DNA of 64,000 nucleotides. Source: the human T2T-CHM13v2.0 reference genome, Homo sapiens. The stretch's first letter is position 1; every line of letters begins with the position of its first letter. Of the stretch, positions 39,894-57,914 are shown piece by piece. A program made the position numbers and the translations under genes. The notes under the pieces are model-generated. The model had not been told where the DNA came from. It did no database searches and saw only the letters and a program-made list of their open reading frames with translations. The DNA is taken from the NCBI RefSeq assembly GCF_009914755.1, contig NC_060939.1. The stretch is one strand, 5' to 3'.

Positions 39894-42327
39894 TGCTTTG
39901 TAATTTTTACATCATATATCCCCTGTGTTAGACCAAGAGCTTGTAAAAGCCAGAAAACATACACCATTTATAGTTCAATTAGAGATGTTCACTGATAAAA
40001 CTGATTCTTCCATCTGAGGGTGGTATTTATAGTTACAGTAATGTAGATGACAATCTAAGTTATGTTCTATAAACTGTGTCACTGACACCTCAATCTACAG
40101 CTAACTTTAATTTTTTAAAAGCAGAGGAGTGGGTTGTATAGGTTTAGAAATGCATCCATCAAGCTAGTTAAGTGAGATGGATTCAAACCTTCAACTCACT
40201 GGAATATTTACCAAATTGACTATTCATTAGCTAAAGGAGCCATATAAACAAGGTACTTTTTAAAATTCAAAATTATGTAAGGTTTTATTTCCTTTTTATG
40301 CAGTTATGAATTCTATTGTAGAGGTTATAAGGTAAAATAAGATTACTTTTACAGTAAAACATGCAACATATTGTCACAAGAGGGAAGCCTTTGAACATGA
40401 ATTGCTTCTCAGGAATTCCTTGAAATTTTGAGACAGTTACTTTAATTAACACAACTAAATAATAAAACACTACAGAGGATCTAAGAAGATACTTTGACTT
40501 ATGCATATTGTTACTTTTTTATTACTGGTAGTGGAAGATGTAATCCACAAGGAAGGCAAGGGCTGAATTTGTTTTATGTAAAAAGACAAATTTCTTTGGG
40601 TTTTAGCTTTCAAACATCAAGATAGTAGGTCAATGTCTAAATGAGTCTATCAAAGTTCTCACACTAGCACATGTAAATCCACCTCTTATCTACCCAAAAC
40701 TCTAAGCAAGCAAAGGCAAGTTGGAAGAATCAGACAAATGTAAGTGCCTAGGATACATAAATGCCACTGGATTTTGTTTTTAACTTTCAACCTCCCAAGT
40801 TTCACTAAGAGACATGTTATTTGGAGAGGTTGCTAAAGTGTAGTTGTATGATGTCTCTGTGTACGGTTGGTCTGGACTTCTTTCTGTCCAGTGGTTGCCC
40901 TTGACTGGTTAGAGTCACCTCTCTAAAGATCATGCTTACGTCCCTGGAGCAGTCCACAGCACTATCAATGTCTGACCTCCACCTTTTTCCAATTAATATT
41001 TCTGTACTTACTGAATTGGAAAACATACAGGTGTTTTTTGCCTGGTCACTTGTGGTTTTACAACACTCCCCGCACTTCCGCACCACTGTCCCAGGTGATT
41101 TTGTTGCCAGCCAAAGTGTGAGAACTACTGGCAGCTGCTGGCAGACAGCAGCAAAGGCCCAAATCCTCTGTGTGATTTCAAGACCCCTATCTGGTTTTCA
41201 GCCATATTTCCTTCTCCTTCTCACAGCTGAGCCCACTCCTCCTCCCTCACCACCTGTAGGCTATGCTTTCCAGCCTGTGTCCAGGATTAGTCCTGATGTA
41301 AGGCACGTGGGGTTTAAGGATCTCTCTTTTCAGTCTTATTTCCGCACCATCGCTGACAGATATATTCCAGTTGTAATCATGGGGCTACCTCCTTTTGTTT
41401 CCAGTCCCATGCTCATTTTCTCTATCACATTCTACCTTGTAATAACCTAAATCTTCTGGTGGGCAAGTTTCTTCCTCAATCAAATTTGTGTTTATGATTG
41501 TGTTGGGGATTGGCTTAGTAATCCAGGTGCTGCTGCTGCCTTGAAAGCAGAGACTGCATCCTTCTGTCTGGATATCTTGAGTTTCTGGATTGTAAACCTT
41601 ATTCGGGCCCATCTTTCCTAGAATTGGAGCCTCTACTTTGTTCTTGCTACTTTAGTTCACCCAGAAAGCACGATCTCTGCCTGAATTTCAAAGTGTTGGC
41701 TAGCTTAAATATCCTTTTGTGAGACTTTTGTCTTCCTACGGGGTGATTTTTTCAACTTAGATACCATTGCTAATCTTTTTATCTTGAATGTAATTGAAAT
41801 AGTTTTAATCTGTGTTACCAGCAACAAGAACCCCTTTTATGAGATGAAGAGGCCAGGTCAGTCTCATAACATGTGTCCCCCTCCGTGTGTTGAATTTATT
41901 TCAGAGCCAGGTTCTTTCCTATTTGACGTCTCTCACCAAATTCCAGTGTTTATGTCCTAGGAGGTGCCCAATAAATTCTAGAGTTGATACAAGCTGTAAT
42001 TTTAGAGAAATTATATTAGCAAGTAGAATTAGATTATATACAACCTAATCAACTTTTTTTTTTTTCTGAGGATGACCAAGATTTGGGCTTCAGTGACAAT
42101 AGTTGTCCCCTAAATATTTATACTCAAAATCTAGGATCACCAGTACAATGTTGAATAGAGGTGATGAACACACACATCCCTTTCTTGTCCTAATCTATGT
42201 GGTTTAAACATTTACGATTTCACCATTAAATATAGTATTGTTTATATGTTTTGTTGTGGATGCTTTCCATCACTTCGAGAAAATTTCTTTTTCTAGCTTG
42301 CTGAGAGTTTTTATTTTTAAATCAGCA

Positions 42328-42940
42328 ATAGATATTTCTCCAAAGAAAATATCCAAATGACCAACAGATACATGAAAAAAATGCTCAGCATCACTAATCA
42401 GGGATATGCAAATCAAAACCACAAAGAGATATTGCCTCAAGCCCATTAGAATAGTCTTATTAAAAGAAAAAGATAACGAGTGTTAACAATGGGGAGAAAT
42501 TGGAACACTTCTACAGTGTTTCTGGGAAAATAAAACTGTGCAGCCTCTATGGAAAACAGTACGATGGTTCCTCAAAAAAATTAAGAAAGTAGAACCACCA
42601 TATGATCTAGTAGTCTCACTTCAGGTTATTTATCTGAAAGAATTGAGATTGGGATGATTCTCAGGCTCATTGCAGCATTATTTACACTAATCAAAATGTG
42701 GAAATAAGGTTAATGTCTATTGGCAGATGAATAGATAAAGAAAATGTGGTATATTCATACAACGGAATATTATTCAGCTTTAAAACAAGAAAGCCTGTCA
42801 ATATGCAACATGGATGAACCTAGAGGACATTAATGCTAAGTAAAGTAAATCAGTCACAGAAGGACAAACTGTATGATTCCACTTGTATAAAGTATCTAAG
42901 ATAGCCAAATTCATTAGAGTCACAGATTAAAATGGTGATA
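42328..42940 (+). mobile_element. L1MA/L1MB ORF2 3' end fragment
   Basis: tttctccaaagaaaatatccaaatg...gcaaatcaaaaccaca...catggatgaacctagaggacat...cagtcacagaaggacaaa. Confidence 0.8.
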
Positions 42941-42959
42941 GCTCTTTAAGTTGAAGTCA

Positions 42960-46500
<3,541 letters not shown>

Positions 46501-48488
46501 TTTAGAGCTAATAGTTTTTTCCCTGCATTTGAGTTAGACCTGAGCTACTACCACATTTTGTAATTCAAACTTTTTGTCTAACAATGTTTTAAAAAACTCT
46601 TTATTTGGAGGGAATTCTCAAATTTCTAAATACTCTACAAACATAAGTATTGGGGCTCACATTCCCAGTTTCCCTTGTAGCCAGATGTACATATGGAACA
46701 TGGCCTCAGCTAATTAAGCATACCCACATATTTGAAAGTAAGAAAAGTGTTAAGAGGAACAGTAGATATCATTTTAGTTGATGCAAGGATGGAAAAATAT
46801 AACCAACTTTCACTGGTGAACTTTGTCTTCAATCATTGTTTTCCCGTGGGTAAGTGGCTAATTTTCTGGCCTAGAGGTGGAATTGGGGTGTTGGTAACAA
46901 TTGATTTGATGTTAACCTGCTTTTGTCTTTTCAAAAATTGCTAATCCACCATTGTTTCTGGTCCTCTTTTATACTTATGCAGTGTATAATCTCTCATGCA
47001 AAATTTAGTTCTTTGTTTCTCAGCTTAAACTGGATTTTGATGAGCAGTTTTCACCTTCAAATGAAAGAAATGGCTTTGGTTGATGTTAGACAAAAATAAC
47101 AAGAGGGAATTAAAGAAATATGTTTGTCATCTTGTAACATTAAATAAATGAAACTGAAAATTCAACAATTCTGCTTCATAAAAAAATAGAAAGTTTCTAC
47201 TGTTTTTCATTGTTTTCGAAGCTATATCATTAAATGAAATTTCTGCCTCATGGAAGGTTTTTAGAACTATGCAATAATACCATACAGACCGTTAGGAGAG
47301 AAATGAATAAAAACTGAAAGAAGTAAGCACTGTGTGGTAACGTAGATGGCACACAGTTGTGTGCGTGGAGCCCTAATACATTTTACCATGGAATTTATAC
47401 AATAAATGTTAGTTTCCTGTGAACCTGCTAATTAATATGACTTTCGCAGACATTTCCTTAACCTAAACAGTATAGGTTTCCTGTAGATAGACTGCATGTA
47501 TTCTCACCTTTAACCTTTCCATAATCTTCCCTAATTACAGATGTCAATGGTTCTTAATAGCAAAAGAACAGCAGCAGCTTATAAAGTTATATTATTTGTT
47601 TTTTACTAATATGTGAGGTGATTTTGTCTTTCATTTCACCTCTAGAGCTAATTATGTCTTCTAGGTTAACAAAAATTCCAGATCATACCATCATTAGTTT
47701 AAACTTTACAATGAACTCATTATTTCCATTTATTACTAGCCTGCATTATAGCAATATTTAGCCAATGAATTCTCAAAATATTTCTTGAAAGGTGAAAGAG
47801 TACCTCAAGTAAGTGGTGTAATTAATTTATTTATCAGAATTTTAAATTAAGTGTTCTGTTTAATCTCAAAGGGGTACCAATGAAGTTAGGGCATAAGGAC
47901 TCCGTAGTTAATAAAATGGTAAGAATTAAAAAGGATTATTACATTTTTTCCTCATACTATGATGGCTATAATTTTTTAAAACAGTAGAAATATTTAATTT
48001 TTAAAGGCTACTAGTGTATATTTCGTTCAAAGATATGAGCTCTTCAGTTCAACTTTTTGTTTGAAATTTGAACAGCTTTTTCTTGCTCTTGTTCAATACA
48101 GTTATTAAACAGTCTAGGCAGGCCTCCGGAGTTACATATGTGTATGTGGCTATGTGTGTATATATACACAGAAGTACAAATAGCATATAAACAATTTACA
48201 TAAGAATTTTGCTTTTGATTAAAATTCTTCTAAAAGTGAATATAAATTAATAGCATATGGAGCCTACAGAAATTGTCTAATAGGGAAGTAGGAAAAGATA
48301 ATTTGTGAAGAAAAAGTTCACTAAAACAGACTTTTTATTTTTACATGTAATAACATTATATTGAAGGGTTTCCAGAAATATAAAATGTTATAGGGCACTT
48401 ATCCTGAGACACACGAAGGAGACAAGGGATAGAGCCAGGATGGAAGTGAAAATAAAGGACAAATAGAGATAGATACTTAAGTGCAAAT

Positions 48489-48735
48489 GAAACACTGCAT
48501 GTTCTCACTCATAGGTGGGAATTGAACAATGAGAACACATGCACACAGGAAGGGGAACATCACACACCAGGGCCTGTTGCGGGGTGGGGGGAGGGGGGAG
48601 GGATAGCATTTGGAGACATACCTAATGCTAAATGATGAGTTAATGGGTGCAGCACACCAACATGGCATATGTATACATATGTAACTAAACTACACGTTGT
48701 GCACATGTGCTCTAAAACTTAAAGTATAAAAAAAA
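48489..48735 (+). mobile_element. L1PA4/5-like 3' end, 5'-truncated
   Basis: catgttctcactcataggtgggaattgaacaatgag...G-rich tract...aaaacttaaagtataaaaaa. Confidence 0.92.
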
Positions 48736-50654
48736 TCATCAAACAGGTGGTAATTTTAAAATATGGCTTTTCCAGGCAGCAAATTTTCTGAATGTATCAC
48801 AAAAGAAGATAAATTGTGTGTATATGTAGATCATGTCAATGAAATAAACAATAAATGTTACTTATTGGAATACTGAAAGTGGTAGATAATAAATAAATTA
48901 TTTATATTTATGGTAAAAGCAATCAACTTGATTTTTAGGGGGTTCAATGACTTCCTGAAAATATTCTCTCACAGATTTTCTCAGAGTGTCTAGTTGGCAA
49001 AAGCACAGCTCCAAATAGCTATTTCTGTCAACGTCTACAGAACATTTACAGTTCGATTTCCAAAAGTTTCCATTTCTACTGACCTTACAAATTTGTAAAA
49101 TGAATGCCCACCAGGACAAAATATTAAGTGATAAAATTAATTGCATCCTACAAGTGAAAATCTAGGCAAGGAAAATCTTCTTCCTTCTTAATGAATGATT
49201 TTTATGTCTCTTCATTCTTGTCCTTCTAGGTAGAGCAACACTCTGGAGACCTTCTTTTGAGGCATTTCACCACCAGAGTAAGTGTGATGTATGACTAATT
49301 AGTCCATCCAGAGGGAGTTGGTGAAATTAAATTGGAAGTTATTTCCTAATTGGCGTATCTTGGAGTAAAATTAATCTAATAACAGCTTTCGTAAGAGAGC
49401 ATAAGCTTAAAAGACAACATTTTTCATTCAACTTTACCAAACAAAGTGCAAATTTAGGTGTCCAGTTGTGAAGTTTGGTTGTGTGAGGATTGTACGGTGA
49501 AGGTACCAGTGGACAACAGTTGCTCATCAAGCAAGTTTATACAAAAGCTTTCGGACAAGTCCAACTCTAGATAAAATTCGAAAGTATTTCATGCTTGTTT
49601 TCAGAGTTTCTTTTTCTCTCTCCAAGGTAACCCACATATCAAAAGACATATGGGTTTTGGGTAGAACTTCCTAAAATTGCTGGTGAGAAGTGTGCCATGC
49701 ATAAGCATACTTCACTAGCTTGAATTTTCTGTTAGTCTCACAGGAAACAATTACAATCCTGTATGCTTTTCTATCTCCACACACTCCTGAACATAGAAAG
49801 ACCAAGTAACATCCCTGGTTAAGATGTGTACAGGTTACAAGACATGTCTAAATATATTCACCAAGAGGTTTATTATTTTCACAGTGGCATTCACTAAATC
49901 AGTTGTCAGTGTAGCATTACTCAAGGAATAAGCAGGGTCTTTAATTTATCAAAGTTTGGAGTGCACCCCAAGTTGGACCACTGAAGCACATAACTATAGA
50001 TAAGGTCACTCAAAAGCACAAATCCAGGTAATAAATATTCACTAGTAGTTTATATGCACTTAGCAATTTGAATGCTGGGAAGTGTAGCCCAGAAAATCAA
50101 TCGACATGAAGCTATTAAAGAGGCATTCATGGCACCTGCACTTTGAATCTCTTCAGACTCAGGTTAAACAGGAGACACGGTAGCTGATGTATAGTGCAAA
50201 AACCCTTCCTCTTTCCTTTTTTATCTATGAACCTGCCCTTTTCAATGTTGTCTAGATGCCTGAAGGTATGAATACCCTTGATCTTAGTAAAAAATCGTAC
50301 CACCCATCAGCAAAATCTCACTGATCAGTGTCTATGTTACCTCACCGAGTTAGCCTTTTGTGTTGTTGTGGCCCAGGATGACAATGTTGACACAATCCAA
50401 ACCAGTAGTTGGAAAGTTAATGTTGGATGCGTCTTTGACAATTGATGGAATGACCTGAAATCAAATGTGAGGCAGTGGAGACACAAGAATGTTATTCAGG
50501 AAGTTAGTGATCTGTGGAGATACTAAATGAAATATCTGGAAGGAATTGTAATCTTGCAACTATGCTTTTATGTGTTTTTTGACATAAACAGTTTCTATTT
50601 ATGGTGGAGCTAGAGTGTCCATTTCCCATGAAGTTCCCATAGTGTTAACTAATA

Positions 50655-51023
50655 CAGTCGTGTGTCACTTAATGAGAGGGGTGTGTCTGAGAAATGCATT
50701 GCTGGACAATTTTATTATTGTATGAACATCACAGAGTTTACTTACACAAACCTAGATGCTATAGCTGATTACATACCTAGGTTAGGTGGTATAACCTATT
50801 CCTCCTAGGCTACAAACCTGTGCAGTATGTTACTGTACTGAATACTGTAGGCAATTGTAACACAACAGTTAAGTATATCTATACTTATATATATACAGTA
50901 AGTGTATCTATACATGTCTAAACATACAAGAGGTACAGTAAAAATAGTGTTATGATTTTATTGCACCACTGTCATACAAGTGCACTATCCTTGACCAAAA
51001 TGTTGTTATGTGATGCATGACTG
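50655..51023 (+). mobile_element. Tigger3a (MER7)-like MITE
   Basis: TA|CAGTCGTG...CATGACTG|TA terminal inverted repeats with TA TSD. Internal ctcctaggctacaaacctgt. Confidence 0.88.
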
Positions 51024-51517
51024 TAACAAAAGAATTAATTAAATATAATATTGAAGTGCCTATTGAGATTTCAATGAAGAAAGGAATATTTGTAAATTCT
51101 GATTACCTTAAGTGGGAATTGACTTTCTTCCTGTTTCCATGGCTGTTCTTGTGAAAGAGCATAGCTTTCCAAAGACCTGAAATCTCTGACAAATCTTGCA
51201 ATTCTCTATAGCCTGCATTATGAAGGTCACTTGGTATCAAATGAGGCAAAATGGTAGATTATAAAGACCTGTACTTTCTTGTCAGTTCCTAAACATAGCA
51301 AGCATTGGTCTATCTTGAACATTTCTGCAGTTATAAATGAGCCTTGGGTCATGATTTTCTGCCTTTTTATCGTAGACAAAATTTAATTTAGGAGATGTCC
51401 TTTTAATGCGTAATGTGAATAGTAAGTGCCACTTATGAAGACTATTTTCTTCCAGCCATTTTAATTGTCAAATCTGTCCAGTCAAGATGCATTGTTAGAG
51501 GCTTCACTGACAACACC

Positions 51518-51520
<3 letters not shown>

Positions 51521-51549
<29 letters not shown>
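51521..51549. repeat. (TG)n microsatellite
   Basis: Seen directly. Confidence 0.95.
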
Positions 51550-51552
<3 letters not shown>

Positions 51553-51960
51553 CATGCATATGATTGAGCAGGATTTATTGTAAGTCAAGACAGCCTCAAA
51601 TTTCTTAGGACAATACAGCTTCCTTGGCCATTCCCTTGGAGCTCTGAGTTGAGGAGCTGGTGATGTGTATTTCTTTTGCATGTTCTCCACATTATCCCTA
51701 TGCAGGACTTCCATGGGCTTGGTTTTGGAACCAGTGATGAGGAAGATCATTAGAATTGTTGTTCTCAAAAAGCTTCCTCCATTCTTCTGTATAAGCAATG
51801 GCAATTTTCCCAGACCAATATTTCTTCTTTTGAAATGGTAAATTTTGAATATTAACTGGTTAGTATAATCCCATAAAATAACAAAGTTTGAGCCCTATGA
51901 TCTGTGTTTTAGGCTAAAGTTGAGTTTTATGCTAAATCATCATTTACTCCTTGTATGATC

Positions 51961-52139
51961 TTTTTTTTTTTTTTTTTTTTTGAGACAGAGTCTCACACTG
52001 TCACTCAGGCTGGAGTACAGTGGCACAATTTTGGCTTACAGCAAGCTCTGCCTCCCAGGTGCACACCATCCTTCTGTTTCAGCCTCCTGAGTAGCTGGGA
52101 CTACAGGTGCCCGCCACCACACCCGGCTAATTGTTTTTT
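51961..52139 (-). mobile_element. Alu right monomer (5'-truncated)
   Basis: Poly-T plus the right arm only. Confidence 0.9.
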
Positions 52140-53769
52140 AAGATTAAGGGTGAAATAAAAGCTGCTCCCCTATATTACATTCATAAATCAGAATTATTAA
52201 AGCAAGCTATTTATTTATTAGAAACACTCCAAATTTAGCATCTAAGACATGACAGCCTTTCAAGAGACATCAATTTACTTGTTAGGGTCTATAGCTATAT
52301 TTGTATTCATGTTATTGGTGTCCATAATATTTCATTAGATGTTCTGGGTAAATTGATAAATGAAAATAATGTATGTGATAAGGAGAACAACCTAGGCCTC
52401 CTGGAGGGCCCCTTACAACTCAGCTGGTGTTAGCAGAAATGCCTGGGTGTAACAGTGAGAAACAACCTTTCAAAAGTGTTGAGCAATTTTTCAGGCAGAG
52501 GAATATGTATACCAATCCAGGCAGCAAGATAAGTGGAGGTCAGTTAAAAGATCAGGATGTGATTTCATTTTTTTTTTTAGGTTTCTACTGAGAGGAAATA
52601 TAACACTCAGTTATTATTTTCTCCGCATATCTCTGGTTATTTTGTCACAACCTTTTATGTAAGCTACTACCAAACACTGGGTTATCCAAGATCTATGGGT
52701 CGTATTCAATATTTGCTTTTTCCTCAACTACTAACACATTTGATTCCCTTTGTAACTTTCTCCCCTATTTCTCCTTTCAACCTGTTTTCTCCAACCACAC
52801 TGAGTTAATAAGCCTCCTATATACTCTCATAACCTGTTTTATCTAAAGAGATTTCCTTTTTCTACTATTATACCCATCTCATTCCCTAATTTATTTATTC
52901 TTATTTCTCTCTCTATTTTTTATTCTTTTAGGCACAGCTCATGTCTCATGACTTTCAAAAAGTTTTTCTTCTGATATTCCCAGCTCGAATTAGGTACATC
53001 CCAATCAGTTTCCTTAGACTTACAACTCTGCATATTATTGGCTTGCAATCTGTCTTAGGCTGGGAATTAGCTCCTTGTAGGCAGGGGCTAGAATTTATTT
53101 ACTCTTATGTCCATAATGCCTGACACAGGAACTATTCTCACATACAAATTGTAGGGCCATAATTCCTGAGAACATATGTACATTGTAGTGACTCATAAAG
53201 GCTTGAAATAAATTTTTAAAATGATTAATTGGGAAGTCCATGAACTTGACATCTTGATGTAGAAGAAAAGCAAGGGCAGATGAAGAAGTTATACAGGATA
53301 CTTGAAATACCAGAAGAATATAATCAGAGAGCAATAAATTAATCCTAGATTTTTAGATGTGAAGAAGTTCTGAGAAATATTTGAAGACATGGCTCTAGGG
53401 ATGAGTACATAACAGAGACCAGTAGCCAGACTCAGAGCTTTTCAGAGTGACGAAATTGCATTGCAGGGGGAAGGACTGTTGTATACTAAATAGAAATTGT
53501 CATTAAATGGAGACTAAGCAAGAGGCTGATGATCTGTGGATGACAGAAACAAAAAGGTGTGGAGATAGAGGTAAATGCCATAATCTACAAAGAAGATATT
53601 TTTGTGCCAGAAAGAAATAATAGGTCTAGAACGTAATAAAAGATAAATAGTTAACTACATTGTAATATGGTCTGAGAACTCACTGAAGGCATAGCCATTG
53701 ATATTAACTTCCACTTGACTTCCAGACAAAATATTTTAAATATCTTAAAAATTCCATTTGATATTGTAT

Positions 53770-53996
53770 GATTCATCAAGACAGAAAGTAAAGCTGTAGT
53801 TGCCCTGGGAGGGCGGGGAATGGGGAGTCACTTTTTAATGGGTACAGGATTTCAATTTTACAAGACAAAAAGAATTATGGAGATGGGTGGTGGTGATGCT
53901 TGCACAACATTGTGAATACATTTAATGACACTGAATTGTATACTTAACAGTGGTTAAGATGCAAATTGTTGAGTGTGTTTTGCCACAGTTAAAAAA
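53770..53996 (+). mobile_element. L1MB-type 3'UTR
   Basis: gacagaaagta...ggggaatggggagt...ggagatgggtggtggtgatg.ttgcacaaca...cactgaattgtatactt. Confidence 0.82.
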
Positions 53997-54614
53997 CGGA
54001 AAACAATAGTATTTGAAGATATAGCCCATTTCATCTGGTAGCTAGCTGTATGTGTCTGCTCAGCTGTGGATAGATATTTATGCTGTTTCTGAACTGGAGG
54101 TTACTGGTATTCTCTAAGGTATAGGAAAATTGATCTTATGTGGCTAACTGAGGTGGATATAGTTGTATCAGTCAGACAGTAATGATATAATCATGATAGT
54201 TTACATTTAACACAACTTACATGTGTTATACTTTAGAAAGCTCTTCATTCATATTATTACTTCATACTATTTTCCCCTTACCATTTTTGTCTCTCCTTTC
54301 TCTGCTGACTTCAGAAAATGTCTCTTCCACACTACTCAATTCATCTCCTTATTTTTTCAAAATTTTAAGTCTCAGAGTCTCCAAAAAAAATTCCAGACAA
54401 GTCTCATCAGCTTTCGGTCATTGATTAATCGATAACCTTAGAGGCTTTCCCTTCCCCTTCTCAATTTAACATAGCTTCCAAATACACTTGCCAGTAAAAC
54501 AAAGTTGTTTATATGGTTTTATATTTCTTCCTGCTGAATTATGAACATTTTTTCATATTGACATTGATTTCCATCTGGCCATGAAATACTCAAGGTGAAG
54601 AAAATGAAACAAAA

Positions 54615-55060
54615 TTGTTAATATTTATCAAGAGCCAGGTACTGTTTTCAGTGTCCTAGAAGTATAAACTAGTGTAATGCTCACCAGCTCATATGAGAGG
54701 CAAAAATGGATGAAACTATAAAACCAAGACACAGAGAGTTAAGGGAAATTTCCCAAGATCACACAGCCACTGAGGATATGAACTAGACTTTGACTTCAGG
54801 CTATTTACCCCAGAACCTGTGCTTTCAAACATCATTTGTACTGCTTCCCTAAATTACACTTGAGTACACTGTGACATCAAATTTCACCTATGACACCAAA
54901 TTTCACCTATGACACTGATTATCTGGGGAACTTTGCAACTTATTCTGAATGTGATTCAGTTTTCTTTTCTGTACAGAGATAAAGTCAGTATATACTCCAT
55001 AGATTCGTTATAAGGATTATATGAAATGACACATGAGAAGGCTTTAAAAGGACTTGGAAA
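54615..55060. mobile_element. Two diverged MIR elements in opposite orientation (~54615-54845 minus, ~54920-55060 plus)
   Basis: MIR core motifs (cacagagagttaag..ttcccaagatcacacagc; cagttttcttttctgta..aggattatatgaaatga). Confidence 0.6.
54872..54915. repeat. 19-bp tandem duplication
   Basis: tgaca(t/c)caaatttcaccta, about 2.3 copies. Confidence 0.85.
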
Positions 55061-57914
55061 GCAATAAGCTTTTTTGTTTTCAATCATGTTTCAATAGGTT
55101 ATCAGTGTTGTGAATGGTTCATGAAAAATGACTTTGGGCTCAGTGAGTAACTGAAATGTTGTTGCTTAATAGTGTGTATAATATTAATATAATAGTAACA
55201 AATGTTGTTATTGTTGAGTAATAGCTATTTGGCTTTTCACTGCTTTTCTTTTCTAGTGTTTTAGTCAGAGACTTCTTAAGTCTCCTCAAGTGTGTACACA
55301 TTTCTTAAATTTGTTGGGAAGTACCAAATTTAAGATATCTTGCATTTTTTTCTTCCTTAGTAAACACTAAATTCCATCACGCAGCAGAAAAAGGGCTCTG
55401 TTATTGTCGGTACAATGGTTTAATATTCACTTTTATTCCCTGTATCGTAGTTCTGATTTAATTGCTATTTAGAATAAAACTTGTTCCTTATTATATGCAT
55501 TCATAATTATAAAATTTGTGTTTTAATGCCTTCTACACATATACTGTGCTTTTCTTTATTTCCTTATATCTTTTACTGTTTCATGATCCTGGTATTTGAA
55601 ATCTCATTAAGTGTTGTTTGGGGATTTGCTGGGAATGTCATCTACATAATAATGTCTCAAGTTTGTAGCATCTTTAAAACATAATAGGAGATGGAATTCA
55701 CAGCAGAGTAATAACCCTCCCACTTTAGGCAATGTATTTGTGATTGGTATGACTTTGTTCCCAGAGAGCAGTTAGCAACACAATATTAAGGCTATGTGTA
55801 CAAGGAAAACAAATTTTAAAAATCTCCTTTAAAAAAAACAGTTCCCGATCCTAACCAGTATCATGCACAGAATCCGTTTCCACCTCTTCATATGGAAGCA
55901 GCTCTGGGTGGACATCTAGAAAGTTGGATAACTATTTATCACATATGATCTGTAAAGGGAGAGATTTACAAGAAAGTGTTAAATTTAATCCATAGGAAAG
56001 CAAAATCAAAAATCAATGAATTTTCCATTTGTAGTTTTCCCTAGGGGCTCCACTCTCAAGATGGCTTAAATGTGTAATAATTAAATGACTAGGCACAATT
56101 GTTTGTTAGTGACATAAAAGCAAGGTAAGCATTTCTGCTTTATGAGTCCAAGCACAGGGACACTTGGTTTTCTTTGGAAGGATATCATAAAGGCAATATT
56201 TATGTGTAATCCCTCATTGTCTTTCCTTCTGTGGCATTCAATGTTATGTACTATAATTTAGAAATGAAAACTACTTAAAGACCACTTGCTAAGTTTCATG
56301 TATTTCAAATTCTCAGATCCTGAGTGTTTAAATATGCCTATATTTCTTCATGAAAAAAAAACATAATCTTTGCCAAGTTAGAAAAAGAAAAAGTCATATT
56401 CCCATTTTTAACTAAATGTAATCAGAAATGTGGACAGTTTTTAGCTTTCAATACATTATGTAATTTGGGTAACAGGCTGAATAAAAGTAAGGAACTTCAG
56501 TTAAATTCACAGAGAAGCTAATAATTATTTCTAAGACTCAAATGTATAGAACAGATCTCTGATATTAAGGGTAAGACCCTCAAAGGTGACCCAAAATGGG
56601 TAATTGTGGGATTATTTTGGGAGGAATCATCATAGATTCTTACGGCTATAAATACAGTCAAATGTCAGATAAATATGCTCCACTGAAATGTTTTCTAGGA
56701 ATGATGTTTGAACCAATGTTGGTAATTTTGAAAGTCATGGAGAGTGTTTCAGATGATAGAAGTCGGGCAACTATCCCAGGTTTAATAAATAAGCAAATGG
56801 TGAGTTCCAAAAATGCTGTATCAATGAGCCTCATATTGATCCTGAGCACAATTTCAGGAAGGTCCATTAAGTGGGTCTTTGGAGAGCACTTAGGATAAAA
56901 GGCTGGCAGCAGGGATTCACTAAGAGCAATGGTGCCAAGCTTGCCTCTTTGACATTGTTATGTGACTGATAAAGGTAGGTTATAGCAGTACACAATACAG
57001 ATATTTCCAGGGTAAAGCTGTTGAGCTGCTGTAATTTTCCTTGCCTCTTCACTATCTTCTCCTATAGTTGACTTCCAAGGAAAAGATAGTTGACTTTTAA
57101 TCTAGAAATGTATGTTAATTGGCAAAAACAAACAAATGAAACCATAAACTATCCTTTAGGCTTCTCTCTGCTCAGTTATTAGATCATATGAATGTGCCCT
57201 TAGGAAACACAGAAGGCCCACACTATTATAGGGACAAATTTCTTACATTCTCTGCTGTTTAATGCTCTTCAAAAGACTTACCATACTGCAGTAATTTGAT
57301 TATCAACTACTTGAACACAGGGACCAATGTACTTATTAAAAATTTTGCATATTATGAGGGCATTAACATTTAAGTATTCGATTGTTAAGACAATGCATAT
57401 TATTATAAACCATAGAAGGCACACTTATTACCTCCTTAAGAACCAGTCTCTATTTCTCTGTTTCCTAGATCTCCAAGGTCATAGAGGGATTGGATATTTG
57501 TGTCTTCAATTGGCCCTCTTCAACCCTAGGATAAATAGTGATTAATCTAAGCCAATGGTTTTCGGCTCTGTCTGACCCAATGCCTCTACTTCATAAGAAA
57601 TTCTTCAAAGACCCCTTCACTATTCTAAACTATTAGTGAGAACACAATGTATGCATTCAAGTTGTTGAAAATATTAATGTTATGCTGAAGCTAACAAAGG
57701 AGAAATAATTTACTGTCAATATATGATCCAAAATGTATATAATTGTGCCAGAACATTTACATCTCAAATACAATAGAACATAATGAAATTTTCATATCTT
57801 CGCCCATACCTTGAAACATTTTAAATAAAAAGCTACAAATATAGTTTCATTGAATAACCAAATGCCAAAACTGCCATTTCTATTGTTGACATGATTGATC
57901 TGCATTGGTAAATG

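Noticed and set aside
40817-41612. Minus-strand 89-aa and 75-aa ORFs as a processed pseudogene
   Set aside because: I recognise no parent protein and see no poly-A tail or TSD.
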